Below, piece after piece: positions 25,658-40,600 of a DNA stretch of 64,000 nucleotides. The position numbers were made by a program, and so were the translations under genes. The stretch is taken from NCBI RefSeq assembly GCF_037042905.1, contig NC_087251.1, positions 13,456,001 to 13,520,000 of the forward strand. Reading direction: 5' to 3'. Position 1 is the stretch's first letter, and every line of letters starts with the position of its first letter. Origin of the DNA: Lytechinus pictus. Its lineage: Eukaryota. The notes under the pieces are model-generated. The model searched no databases, had not been told where the DNA came from, and worked only from the letters and a program-made list of their open reading frames with translations.

Positions 25658-28600
25658 GTAAGTATTCCTGCTATATTGAACTTCTAGCTATCTTGCACAT
25701 TTTTACATACAGAGATACATGTACATGTAGATAATCATTCCCATTTTCTGCAAATATTTGTAAATTAACTGATGTGAATTCTTCTTACTCATTCAGTTTC
25801 TGTAAACTTTGAATTGATAAATCATTGTTAAAATCATGCAATTTCTGGATAGTTTTGCCAACAATGAGACAAAATTATTGGTTCATAAAGAAGAAAAAGA
25901 TAACATAGAAGGAGGAGGAGGGGAGAGTTTTAGGGGGGAGATAAGAGAGGAGAATAAAGGGTTCTAAAATGTTGTTATAAAGAAAAAGTATAGTGAGTTC
26001 TATAAGCACAACAGAAAAACTTTAGCAATTAAATCAAAAATTAAGACTTCACTTCAAAATTATAACTGCTTTCCATTTTCACTAATTTATGAACTCAAAA
26101 CAGTGCAATTCATTGGTGCAGTTACAAATTACATGTACATGTAGCTGTAGAATGATGCGTAGGTTTGATGTTCGAACCCTTGTCACTACTTTCGACTGGT
26201 TTTAAAGTCTGGTCCCAGATGTATCTGATTAATAATACACATGACCTGTGAATTGAACTTCTCAAGATATTCCATTGTATTACATACAAAATTGTTGAAT
26301 AGCATTCCATATATGAGCTAAAATCATGTTCTACTTTGTCATCATTCGAAAGAAAAATCACACATGTACTTGTATGTAAAGGTAGATTTTTATGTTCTTT
26401 TAATTTTTTTTTATTCATTTCGTTTTACATCGTTCCTTGACAATTCTCACTTTGTTTTCTCTGAACTTTTTTTCCTTTCTCTTGTTTTCTCTAGTGTCTT
26501 TAATATGCATGTAAGTTTTGATCATTAGAAAGATGGGAAACCCCCAGGAAGCCTTTGTGGTTTTTTGTTATTTTCACATAAACTGTACCCATTATCCATT
26601 GAAAATATGAAAATCACATTCGTTTTTCAATATATTTTTTCTGTCTTTTGAAATATTAGATAGAAAGCAAATAAATGAACAAAATGATTTAGACGCATTC
26701 ATTGGACAGTTTCACCACTCTTTAGTACTGATTGTACATAATGATTGATATTTTAAGCCTTTAAGAGGATTTGGTAGTAAATGCATGGTCTCCATGCTCA
26801 GATGGAGATAACCAAGACAGGATACAACTCTCTTCTGTGAACATTAGCATCTCTATGCTCATATGAAGATATGCTGGTATGTACATGTACACCTCTTGAA
26901 GATTTCCTTTTTCAGCGGGACTACAAGTGTGCAAATGAGGGTGACCAGATTTTGAGAGTAAAAAATGGGACACTTTGAGGCCAGATGTTAATGAATTTGA
27001 ATTAAACCTTCCTAGGCTGCTGCCCCTATTTTCAAGTTATTTAATAAGATTGAATTAAAACACTTTTTTATGTGATCTAAAATAAGTTCGCAAAGATGTG
27101 AACATTAATTTTGTGATAGCATAAGATTACTTTGTTCATCATCAGTTTTTTGTCTCACCTGTAAAGCAGAGTGAGACTATGGGTGTCGCTTTTCCGACGG
27201 CGGCGTCAAAGTCAAATCTTAACCGAAGGTTAAGTTTTTTAAATGACAGCATAACTTAGAAAGTATATGGACCTAGTTCATGAAACTTAGACGTAAGGTT
27301 AATAAAGTATTGCTGAACATCCTGCCTGAATTTTGAGTCACATGACCAAGGTCAAAGGTAATTTAGGGTCAATGAACTTTGGCCAAATTGGGGGTATTTG
27401 TTGAATTACCATCATAACTTTAAACGTTTATGGATCTGATTCATGAAACTTGGACATAAGAGTAATAAAGTATCACTGAACATCCTTTGCGAGTTTCAGG
27501 TCACATGATCAAGGTCAAAGGTCATTTAAGGTCAATGAACTTCGTCATATTGGGGGTATTTGTTGAATTACCATCATAACTTTGAAAATTTATGGATCTA
27601 GTTCATAAAACTTGGACAAAGAGTAATCAAGTATCATTGAACATCTCATGTGAGTTTCAGGTCACATGACCAAAGTCAAAGGTCATTTAAGGTCATTGAA
27701 CTTTGGCCATTTTGGAGGTAATTACGTGTATTTGATTACTGTCATAACTTTCAAAGTTTATAGATTTAGTTTATAAAATGTGGATAGGGGTAATCAAGTA
27801 TCACTGACAAGTCTTAGGTTGCATGATCAAGGTCAAATGTCATTTATTGTCAATGAGCGTAATATTGTATCATTATATGAATGATGTTTTTGTGAATAAT
27901 TATTTTATAGTACTTAGTTTTCAAAGTCAGCACTGCTGCTATGTTGAATCGCGTGATGCAGATTAGACTGCCAGAGGCGCTCCACTTGTTTGTTCTATCA
28001 ATTGCGGTGTCGCGAATTTACGTGCTACTGCGCTCATTTTTTTTTTAGACATGGTAGAGTATATATTTAGCTTTAAAATGATACCAATTTCATGACAATA
28101 TATCTCTCCATTCAATTCATTGAGATATGGAATGTTAAACCAAATGAAAATGGAAATTACAAAACTACATTTTTATGGGGCGAGTTCAAGAAGCATGGCT
28201 ATATACCTGTATTTTAATGATTGATTGAAATAAATTTTGAATTTTTTAATTCAATTAAAAAAAAATTGCTTTATTTCAAATCAGATCGTAGGTCAATCGT
28301 AATGTGTGTGGTGGTCTTAATATGTACCAGTAATCACAGTGTGAATTATCATTACTCAGTCATGAATCTTTCACATGACTTGTATTTGATTTCAAACTTT
28401 GAAAATGTTGATGGGGGAAACATTTATATAAAAAAATAACAAGGTCCAAATCCCAGCTGTGAATTTAGAGGAAAAAAAACTAAATTGTACATAGAACTTT
28501 ATTTGTACTATGGCCACACTTTTTGTTTCTAGAAACACGGTTTTCAAATATCTTCATTTCAAACTCCTGAATATTTCACTTTTTGAGAACCAATATTGTA

Positions 28601-31600
28601 TTGTTCTGGCAACGATATTGTTTCAGGATGTTCATCACTGGAAATGACTGAATATTTCTTGGTATTGGATTTCCTGTGCATATATTTACCATAATCAAAA
28701 CATTACCTTCAAATTAAAGGAGGAGATATTTGGAAGATATTTGGTGATCATTGTGGTTACATGTAGAATCAATGACTCAACATGAATGTATTGTTTGTTA
28801 GTTGAAATGTCTCATTAATTTGAAAGCAAATGGAAATGAATTTAGATTGCATGGAGTTGTACATGATGCTAAAATGATGACTAGTGGAAGGTTAAGTGTA
28901 TGCCACTCACTGAACATGGTCAAGTTTCAAGATTATGGCATGAAATCCTTGTTCCAGTGTTATTTTTTTGTTTGTGGAGCTGCTATTAAAGGGGAATCCA
29001 ACCCAAATAAAAACTTGTTTTTATAAGGAAAAGAAAAATCAGACAAGTTGATAGGTGAAAGTTTGAATAATATTGGACAAACAACAAGAAAGTTATACAT
29101 TTTTAAAAGTTGTAAATATTGGTAATCACTATACCCATGGAGACTTCAAATTGGCCGCATATGGGATGGCATAGTGATGCAAGGCAAGGACTACTCTTCC
29201 ATGTACTCCAATACATATTATGGCTAAAATGTCATTTTTCCCAAATGTTTTATTTTTAAAATTATATTTTTCTTTCATGAGGACATAAAACAATATACTA
29301 CCTGGGTTATATTTAGATTACTGCCCCAGGGGAATGGGTACTTAGGAGAAAACCACAAATCCCTGATAATAAAGTACATGGCCTATGGGAAAGTTGTCCT
29401 TGCCCCTTGTCATAATTTACTTACCCAGTTGCCAATTTGAAATGTACATAGTATTAGTGATCTCAATTTTAAAGCAGCTATAACTTTCTTATTGCTTGAC
29501 CGATTTCTTTAAAACTTTCACCATTCTGTTTAATTTATTTTTCTCCTTCCCAACACAACATTTTATGGCCAAGGCTGGATTCCCCTTTAACCCTTTGGCG
29601 CTGATGTTGAGATGTTGCGCACAAAGGTCAACTCAGACCATGTTGGGGGAATCAACATAGAAATCTAAACTTTGGATTAAGTTTTTGAAATGTCATCATA
29701 ACTTAAAATATAATGCACCTACATGTAGTTCATGAAACTTGGACAAAATCAAATATTACTTAACACCCTGCAACCTGTTTGAGTTTCAGGTCACAATATT
29801 AAGATCAAAGGTTATAGGGTCAATGAACTTTGGTCATGTTGGGGGTATTTATTGAATTGCCATCGTAACTGAAAGTTTGTAGATCTAGTTCATGAAAATT
29901 GGACATACATACTGGATCACCGGAGAAAGGAAACTTTCAAGCTCGGAAGTTACAAGTACCGATAATTAGTGCTGCCACCAAACGGATATCCGAACGGTTT
30001 TCATTTTTCGGGTTCGGGTAGCCGTGGACACTGATTCACCACTTTCCTGTCACAAAAACTCATTAAATTTAGTAAGACTCACCAACAAAATTTATAAGTT
30101 TTAGTCGCCAATATAATCACCAATATCAATTAATCTTCTTCGGTAATATATTCCCGCCAAAAATCATCGTTTTTATATCAGTTTTGAAACATGACCTTAT
30201 ATCAGTTTTGGAGCATGACCGTCCGTGAATGGAGTAAAGTTCCGTTCTGACAACGATGGCGATTTTACTATGGTGTCGCTTAAGATCGTTTTTCTTTCCC
30301 GTCTTATGTTTTAATGATTTCAAATGCGTAACTCATCGTATATTTTCTTACCTCGACTTTCAATGCGAGTGAAGAATGAAGATAATTTGAAACCATTTAA
30401 GCGTCAAATAAATGTTGATCGGGTTACTCGGGTGTGTCATGTTGTTTCTTGTAATTTATTCATCAAATGCAAAATGAATTCTACTTTTTCTCACAGCAGC
30501 TTTGGTTACCAATGAAGATGATTATTTTTGAAACTATGAAAAGTTGAAAACGTCGAATGAATGTTGATTGCGTGTGTCATGTTCTTTCTTGTAATTTATT
30601 CATCAAATGCAAAATGAATTCTACTTTTAAAAATTTTTTTGAACTTTTAAAAACATCTTGTTTGAACAGTTTAAACGATAGTTGTTAGAATGAAGGTATT
30701 AAACATTTAAAGTTTAAACAGCGTCAATTACGCTATCAGGATTTTATTCGATTATTTTAAAAAATCATATCTTTCCAACAGAGGCGGAGGTGAAAAGGGG
30801 CATGTCAATGGCCACCTTCATTTTCCAGTTATTCCAGATTGATACTTTCAACTAAAATTAAGTTCACCGTAAATATGCTGTTTTACGTTTGAAGCAAAGC
30901 TGTTTGGGCCCGTCATGTATTTTTAAACAATTGTTTGAACTTTTTAAAACATTTTTTTGAACAGTTTAAACGATAGTTGTTAGAATGAAGGGATTAAATT
31001 TTTAAAAGTAGATTAAACATTTAAACAGAGTTATTTTCAAGTTAAAAGTGTGGAGGAAAACTTGAGAACGTATTTCCCTCCTATCAAAATATCCTTGACT
31101 GGCAAGAAGTTGACCTAGAAATAAATTTAAACATGCCTGTTAATCGAGGCATCTGTTCAGCTCACCAACTCAATTTCATTTCGACTTCTGTTTTAATGTG
31201 TACTGTCAATTATCATGATACTGATTTACTGGTGATTATGATAAATGGCGGACTTTGTTAGTCTATTTGTGATGAATGATAATGAGAGTGAAACTGAAAT
31301 GAATGACGATGATGATGAGTGATGGCTAGTGAAAATGATTTTATATGATTATCAAGATTGGTGAAGATGTGGTCTGATTACAGTACCACAAAACAGCACT
31401 CACATGCAAATAAAAGCAAATTTCAATATCAACAAAATTGTGCATAAAACTTAAATCCCATTTTGCTATTAAATATTGCATTGTCTTACATACATATGTT
31501 TTTAAAGCCCATTTTTGGTAGAGAGGCTCTCCAGTAAAATGTATTTAAGTTTCACCTAACATTCCAATCTTGCAAAATTGTAGTGGCTATCAATTCCTTT

Positions 31601-34600
31601 CCAGCTGTCGATTAACTATGTAAAAAAATGAAATTCATATTTTTAAATATTTAGCAGAATTAGCACCATATTTTGATTGTTTTCATTCAATCCCAAAGGA
31701 TATTCAAGCACTTACTATCTTAAAAATTTCATAATATCAGAAAGATACAAATTATGTACCGCATGACAACACAAGGAATATGAGATCAATATGACGATTT
31801 TGCAGTCTATGAAAAGTCATTATTCACAGTTAAACAGAAGAATACAAACTTGTTAAAGACTTCAGTGTTCATCAGAGAAATGTGGTTTAATGAAAAAATA
31901 AATAAATTCTATTCATAAATCTGTGATCAATGCAGGTTGATTTTTCTAGAAAAAAAAAAGAGTACAATAGTACAGATATTAAAGCCTGCAGCCGCTTTAG
32001 AAAAAAAAAATGCAGACATCGTTGAAACCTTTTGTTACGTCACATGTCTTTTGTGTACGTGCGCATGAGGTGTTTATGCCTTGCCTCCTGTTTTTTTCTT
32101 TCCTTGTTTAAAATATACAAACTACATATTGACATGGGATTTCACTACTGTTATTGTACAAATTAGGGACTCCTCGTACATGTATGTGCACAGTACACAT
32201 TGAAATATAGTATTGTGCCCTTTCCAAACAGTTGATTACCCCTCTTCTGGTCAATACCACACACAGGCAAGTACTTCAGTGTAGTAAAAATGTATAGTTA
32301 CAATGAATTTTTTTAAATTTAGGAATATAGACAGTGTTTCAAGTTGGATTAGCGGTGGTAAGACAGCACCTGTATATAAAGTGTGCATACATGTAGCCAT
32401 GTACATATACTGTATTGTTATTTATTTGATCTTGGAGATAATGTACATGTACTGGTAGATTCAAGTACAGCATGTACTTTTAGTATCTTTTCTTATAATC
32501 CATGAATACTTCACTTGTGGGTGATTAACCTGATATTTTATTCAAAAAGTGGTCAAATGAATATTTTTAAAAAGCATGTTTACTAATACTATTAGAATAT
32601 GATTTCAACCGTAGAGACTGACTTTTCCACATCATGCATATACCTGTAATTATGAAGTGGTAAAACTTATTTAGTGGGAATCTGTTCAGTATAACTGTGA
32701 ACTCTCCATGTGATCTTGGTAGCAATGTTTACGTGATCATCTTGTGAATCAGTGGACTGTGGTTTTTAAGATAATTTTGCAATGTGTACCAGTTCTCGAG
32801 TGACTGTATTATGACGGAAGGTCTACAGTCGCACATGAAGCGATCTTCACCTGGGGGAATTTCTTATTGTCTGCCAAGTTGATCTTAGATCTTGAAAACT
32901 TTCCTTCGCTTTGATTAAATAGCTGAGAAGCACATATTTGTGATTGTTTCTATCTTATGGTAAACTGTTGGATAAAATATGTGATAGAAAGTTCTTTCAT
33001 GAAATTCTCCCCTGGATGTACATGTACTATAGTGTTAAATGCTATTGTGAAAAAAAATGAACATGAAGGGTTCACATCGTACCTTTTTCCCTACTTCCCA
33101 ATGCAGAGGTTGTTTCCATAACAACTGAACTACATGTACATGTACCCATCTGGTTGAAAAGTGCTGCTCTAATTGACTACTGTGCTGTAATGTACATGTA
33201 GATTACAAATACAATGCCCATCTGATCTTAATGAGATGATGTGAACATTTTGTTCCAAACCAACAGTAATTGTGATGTCTTTCTACAGTTTTGGGTATTT
33301 CTATGTTGTTTTCTGGCTAATGAACCATTGTTATACATGTACATGTATCTCTTGATTCTCTTCAATTGGTTAAAGATGTTGCAGGGGCTGTTTCTACGAT
33401 GTTAATAACCTTTAAAATCATTTTGTTTTAAGCTATTGATGAAGTGAGTGATTTGTGTGCAGTACTTGTACATGCTTCGTCTTTTCAACCCAACTCTTGT
33501 GCTCATGGTCCGGGCTGAAAATATTTATATCTTAATACATAGAGTAGAATTCACTGAGCAATATGCCGAAAATTTCATAAAAATCGGATAACAAATAATA
33601 AAGTTATTGAAGTTTAAAGTTTAGCAATATTTTGTGAAAACAGTCATCATGAATATTCAATAGGTGGGCTGATGATGTCACATCTCCACTTTCCGTTTTC
33701 TTATGTTATTACATAAAATCATAATTTTTTCATTATTTCATACTTGTGTGAATAATATGTCTCCCTTATAATGAAATAAGTTGCAGCAATAAATATCTAA
33801 TGCACTAAATCAGTTGCCAATCCAATTTTTCTAGTTCTTGGAGGAAAAAATTTGAATAAACCTAATTTCATATAATAAAATACAAAAGAACAAGTGGAGA
33901 TGTGACATCATCAGCCCACATAATGAATATTCATGACGACTGTTTTCACAAAATATTGCTAAACTTTAAAATTCAATAACTTTGTTATTTGTTATCCGAT
34001 TTTGATGAAATTTTCAGCATTTTGCTCAGTGAATTCTGCTCTATGTATTTAGATATAAATACTTTCAGCCCGGACCACCCCTTTAAAGTGCTCCCAACAC
34101 CAACGTTTGAACCCCCTATTTTCAGCCTAAATTCCTGTTCCAGAGCATCACCAATTTAGAAAGCCATAGAAATTCATATTTTTTCCCTGTTCCGGAGACC
34201 CTCAAATTTGTGATTTCTTGTTCCATTGCCCGCACAGACTCAGTGCAGCCCAATGGCATATTGCCATTGGCTGCGTGAATTCAATGGATACATGTGTAGC
34301 TAGCTCAGCACAGCAATTCGGAGACTGCTGATTGGTTCATCACACAGAAACGTCATGACCAATTTCATGCATATTGCAATGCTGCGAAACAGTATTTATG
34401 CCGTTCCAGAGCATTGCGTTTTAGCAATCGTTGATACTAGAACAGTTCCGGAGACCCCCATTTTAAGACCAACGTTTACATGTAGTTTCAGAGCCCCTGA
34501 TTTTGTTTTTTGGTGCGGCACATAGGTATTATTTTATAATTCGAGTACCTCCCTCCTTCCCCCCCCCCCCCCCCGGGCAACCAATCAGATTTGATGATTT

Positions 34601-37600
34601 CCGGAGCTTTTAACTGCTAGTGCAAATTTGTTATAGCAAGTTTTGTGAAACAGGCCTCTGTACTTAGAATCCCTCATAAGTTACAAATAGTCATGGTACC
34701 AAATTGCGTTTTTTTTTCAGCAATATAGTCTTCACTTTGTTCTTTTAACAGACTCCACCAAGCCCACAATGCAACTTGTCCAGTCCCCTCTGGCTTCAAA
34801 GCTCAAAGAACCTATGCGCATCCATGGACCTACCACCAACAGCGTTATCGTTGCTTGGACAACCAGCCAGCCCTGGCCATCCAGTCCTTCCCCATCATCC
34901 CCATCCACATCATCATCGACCTCTTCCTCATGGAGTTCAGGAAACAGCCCTTCCTATTCCTTCCAAGCCAACGATCCAGGGACATCCAAGGTAGACCATG
35001 TGGTATCCTCCACCAAGATCCTGTGTGCCGTGTGTGGGGATCAAGCCACAGGGCGTTATTTTGGTGCTCAAATCTGCGAAGCATGCAAGGTTTGTGTCTT
35101 AGTTTTTCAATTCTTGAACAATGCATGTACAAGTTTCCTTAATGATTCATGAATTGGTCTTTAGTTTTTCATATGTTATTTTAAAGCATGGATGCATACT
35201 AATTCTATGTCTTTTGTAAGTATGCACATGAGAAATGTGTGCTTAATTTTGCTTACTGCAATATGGACTGCTATGAGAGGCATGGTTTCTAGACAGCCTC
35301 AAGGGGACCGCAACGGGACTATGATGGTCTGGCAGGTACGTTACCCGCGAGCCGAAAGAAACAACCATGTCTCGAATATCAAAGCAGTCCATATATATTT
35401 TATGAACTGAATTAAACGTTACATCTACGTCTAGATCTAGACTAGATCTAAAACAATAAAGCCTAGATCTAGTATGCCCTACTCCAGGCTAACTCCAAAT
35501 CGTACGGTCTGGAATATCAAAGCAGTCCATATTTTATTATATTATTGGGAACCGAATTGGAGTCTAATATGGTAATAGATCTACATGTAAGTCTAAATTC
35601 TCCAAAACAGTCTAGATCTATGTCAGATCTAAAATTAAACATTAGGTCTAGATCTATAGTCTTATCTAACCAACGTTAGATCTAACGACATCGTTGTCGT
35701 TTAACATAACGTCCCCAGGCTAAATTAACTTATCTTTTAGCTGAACTCGCTTGCTTCAACAAGGCTTGATGATTGATACATTCGTTATGTCCTTGATAAG
35801 TTTCCTTTAGTCTTCTTTCCAATAATGTCTTTATTTTTTAACCGAAATACAGTAGAACAAGCAACAGTATAGGATCGGCATCATTCCATCGACCTATCAT
35901 ATCCGCTGCGCGCACCTGCGCATTAAGACTGTAAATGCGCGCACTGTCTAAAAATTTTTATTCGATCGTGCGGATATTTATGGTATCCGCAATCATCGCA
36001 GAAAGCAACATTTTGCACGCAATCACATTGGGATCTCAGCCAAATTTAACTATGCCCGTTGTCAAGGGCCTGTTGCCCTTGGTAACCACCTTAGTCTGTT
36101 GTTTTTTGGGTATGGTCAAATACATGACCCCACTTTTGACCAATCAGACGAATGGCTTACACGACATTCTTAAATAAAGAGAGGTTTATGATAGAAAATA
36201 TCCTAGATGGATGCATAAACCCCATTAATTATTTTAACTATTTTGTGACCTTTGGATATTGATTAAGTTCCATTTGATAATTTCACTTTCTATGAATTTA
36301 GAGCTTTTTCATCAGAAGCACAAGAAAAGGAGAGCCCACCTTTCGATGTGTGAATAATCAGGACTGCCACATCACCCCCTTTTCAAGGCTGCTATGTCAG
36401 TACTGTCGCTACCAGAAATGCATGAAAGCAGGAATGGGCCGAAAAGGTAAGCGCAATAAGCTAATCTGGCAGAGATGTCACCAATTGTTATGCATGATTG
36501 AAAGTCATAATTGAATTCAGACCTTGCAGTAAGCTCTCATGCAATCAGTTCATTGCCACAGGCTCTCTTCGTGCTGTATGTCAGTCACTCTTCTAGTAGA
36601 GGGAAAATATTTCTGTCATTCTGTAATGATAAATGAAGATGCTACTAAAGAATCAGAAGAGTGGTATTATGTAATGCTTTTTAACTACTGGGCAGTTACA
36701 TAACATAATCTTTTTTGTATTTTTTTTTTGTATTTTTTTTTCATTCTTCACTTACATGTAATAATGACTATTTGAGCTGTGATGATTTCAATTCAATTCA
36801 ATATTTTAAGAGCATTATAATTTTTCATGTGCACTTGAAAATAGAGACCTTTACCTTCAGATTGAGCAGGATCCAGGAAAAATGAACCATTTTACCGGGA
36901 GTCAACAAAAAATTATTTGCTGTAATACAAGTTTTTCAAAGGAACAGGGAATTCATTACGTCCACATGCCACTGTTATATGCCAGGAAAAACCTGATTAC
37001 GCTCATCCCATGACTTTGCGCCTTGTTGCTTACGAAACATAATAATACCTTTATCAGTATGATGTGTGTCTCCAGAACATGTACAATTTACAATGTACAT
37101 GTATTTTCTCTTTATTCATTCAATCTATTACAGATGAAGGGCCTAGCCCTGAATATTTTTTCATAAAACTTTGAACAAACTTTCAATAACAGCTTAATGG
37201 CACTTAGAGCATTCAATCTGATTGATTGGTAATAAATATAGTTATGGTGCATCCGCTATTATAGCAATTCTTTACGAAATGGGCCCCAGATTAAGTGGAT
37301 GTCAGTGAAATTTATATACGTGTAGAGTATCTCTTGTCTGTCCATCTTTTACATTTATTACCACTAGTACATTTATGTGCATTCATACTTTATATCTTCA
37401 TTGTTTCAATTCTTACAGTTAAAGAGCCCAACAAAGATTTAGCCAAGGACCAAGTCCCATGTAAAGTTTGTGGTGATGTGTCATCGGGTATACATTTTGG
37501 AGTGTATACATGTGAGGGCTGTAAGGTAAGTTTGAATCTCTTTGTCCTTTAATACTGTTTACGAGTTTTAAAAGATAAAGAAATTTTAGAAATTTATCAC

Positions 37601-40600
37601 CTGGAACCCATATAAACTTTTTTTTTAATGATCATGAACTTTAGGATGAGATTCCCAGAATAAAGGGAAGTCAGGGTTTGGTGTTTGATGGTCAGGATTA
37701 AAAGCATGGTGTCTGCTTTCCAAGACCTATTGACACTATATAAAAAAAAAAAAAAAAAAATCTTGGACAATATATGTCAGTTACTGGTAGTTGTGTTATT
37801 TGTTTTTGATTGAATTTTATCACTTAACATTGTGAGTGAAGGTGCGGGAAGACTTTATACTCTCTCTGCTATGACATTTTGTAAATGTCTATTTCTGAAT
37901 CATAATAAGCATCTATTTTATCTCAAAGAACCTGCCATGGTGACTAAATGTGAGCACGGAATTCCATGATGTGATTTTTGAGCTGGGTAGTCATATAATC
38001 TATCACTGGTTTCTGATGAGGGCACTGGGAATCCACTCTTCTCTCTGATATCTTTATTGAATATGATGCTTTTTTTGTCTGCAATTTTCCCAGGGCTTCT
38101 TCAGGAGGAGCCTTCGTGATAGAAATACCTACAGCTGTTCTGGAAAAGAGGAGTGCATCATAACATCTGTAACACGGAACCATTGTCGCTATTGCCGCTT
38201 CAAGAAGTGCCTTAGTGTGGGCATGTCAAGAGCCTGTAAGTTTTCTTATATCATCCAGCTACCATGCCTTTAAATCAACTAGACTGTAGCTTTAAAGATA
38301 TGCCGTAACTGCCTTTTAAAGCCACAAATACCACATGAAAAAGGGTGCCTTTGATTTACTACTTCTGTCAACAGTTTAAAAAGTGTAAATCTAGTCTGTT
38401 TCCTTGAATAAGGATGGCTGTATTCACCTCACAGTCGCAGCAATCACACTTACCTCTTCTCTCCACTTTGCAAAATTCAGTCCACCTGCTTTCCTCCTCC
38501 ACTTGCATTTCCTCAAACCACCCATCTCAAATTCGAACCTTTCTAAAAAATAAATCCTGTCATGCCTTTTTGTTCTTCTTGTTATTTGTCTATTTTACAT
38601 CTGAAAATTCTTGTCCAAGGGGAGGGGCTGTTTTTGTTCAGATACTTGTGGCAGCAAGACCCAGTTTATTAAAGCACAATGCAGCCTTTCAACATTTCTG
38701 CAATGACATGAAGGATGCTTGAAATGTTTGCTTTTATATTTATATTGTACATGACAAAAGAAGTCTGAGCTGGATTTTTTTATTCACAATAATGAACTTC
38801 CTTTAATGTTATATTACAGTGAGATACTTGTTGGGTTACTATGTTCATAGATATATTCACACCCATGAATTACTATAGAAAGCATAAATGCACATTGTCC
38901 ATGTATGCACCTTAATAAATTCTGTAATTGCTTGTTTCCCAAAAATGGTTGAAGATTGAATCCTCCAATCATTTAGTGGCCTGTTAAGGTTTTTAGTAAA
39001 TTGTTTATATTTTATATTTAAAAAAAATGAATTCCTTAGAAAGGCCAATTATTAAATATTGATATATTAAAATATTATTTCATCATTTCATCATATTATT
39101 TTAATAAATTTGGTCAATATTGTTGTGGCTTCACAGGTATCAAGTTGGGAAGACACCAGAAGTATAATACTCATCTTGTTGAAGATCAAGGTAAATCCTC
39201 AGTAACACCTCCTCTTTGGCCAAATGGAGGAATGCAGAGTGGTTTACAATCTAGCCCTGAAACTTCATTATATAAAGAGAATAGTAATAAGATATCTGCA
39301 AGGGATGTTGATCAGCGGACAGAGCAAGAGCAAGGAAACAGTATTCAGAGGGTCTTCAAGCAAGAAGGTGCAGTAGGTGCTACCCCAGCTGTAAGAGAAG
39401 CACTAAAGAAGAGCTCCTCCATACCAAAACAATCGAGTGAATCTTGTACACCCCATAGTGGGTTGTCTCCTTTGGACATTCCCAAGCAGTCTGTTAATCA
39501 GCCAAGTGTGTCCCCAAGTAATGCCCATTTCCAGTACTTACCGCAAAACTCTCCTTTGCTTGCCACATCAGACAAATGCGCAGAGATGTCTGTTGCACAT
39601 TCAAGGAGCAGAAGCAATCATCACAAAAAGAAACCCACTTTATCTAGTGCACACAGTGTTTCCTCAAGCCACCCCATGCCCCAGCCACTTTGTGTAAATA
39701 ACAGTGGCTGGGAAGATCGCAGTTTACCAAAGAATACATTTTCTCCATTGCAGTTTGACTCAGACAAACATTCAACTGTTGGTTCCAAATCTGATTCATC
39801 TGTACACCCTCAACCTGGAGACATGGTACTCATTAAAAAGGAAGTATTAGATGCCTCTGCATATTCTCCATACCATTCATACATTAGTAATCTGAATTGC
39901 TCCCACCTCAGAGAAGATATTACTGCCAACCACGAGGAACAAGTTGACATAGACACTGCCAGAATTGCTAGTGATGAAAGATTTGTTGGTAATCTAGTTG
40001 CTACATCCACAACTTTGACTGAGCCAGATGTAGTTGAAGTTTTGAGTACTATGGTAGAGAGAAATAATGCTGAACATGATTGTCATGTCTCTTCAGATTC
40101 TCAATTGATGTCTATGGAAAGTGAATCAAGAAAAAACATTCACACAAATATGTGTGTATCCCCTGCAGGATCAAGTGCTTGTTCTGTGCCTGGTATCTCT
40201 CCCCAGAGTAGTCCAGGGCCATCCTGGTATGTTTCAAGGTCACAGACACCAAGTCCTGCAATCCCTGGCTGCGCTGGTGCATCTCCCACTGCATTGCCCA
40301 CTCTTCCATTTGATAAGTATAAGCAACAAACAGAAGCATCAGATGAAACCAGAGAAGTAGCTTTTACATCTGGTCCAGTTACACCTGTAATATGTGCTTT
40401 AGAGGACAGTGAGTATTCACCTGCAGCTACCAGCCCAAGCCATTCCTTCTCCTCCCAAAGTTCACCTATATCTCATTCTGCTAACTCTAGTGTCAGTAGT
40501 CCCTTGATGGATCAACTTCAAAATAGTCAGGCTCTTCTTTCCTATGACAGGCTCTACACCTGTCCATTTTCTGGTCATGTTTCCGCCAATGTTGCTCGTA

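Noticed and set aside
34752..38235. Two separate neighbouring nuclear receptor genes, or an assembly duplication
   Set aside because: The DBDs are highly diverged from each other, join in frame through canonical splice sites, and only one LBD follows.
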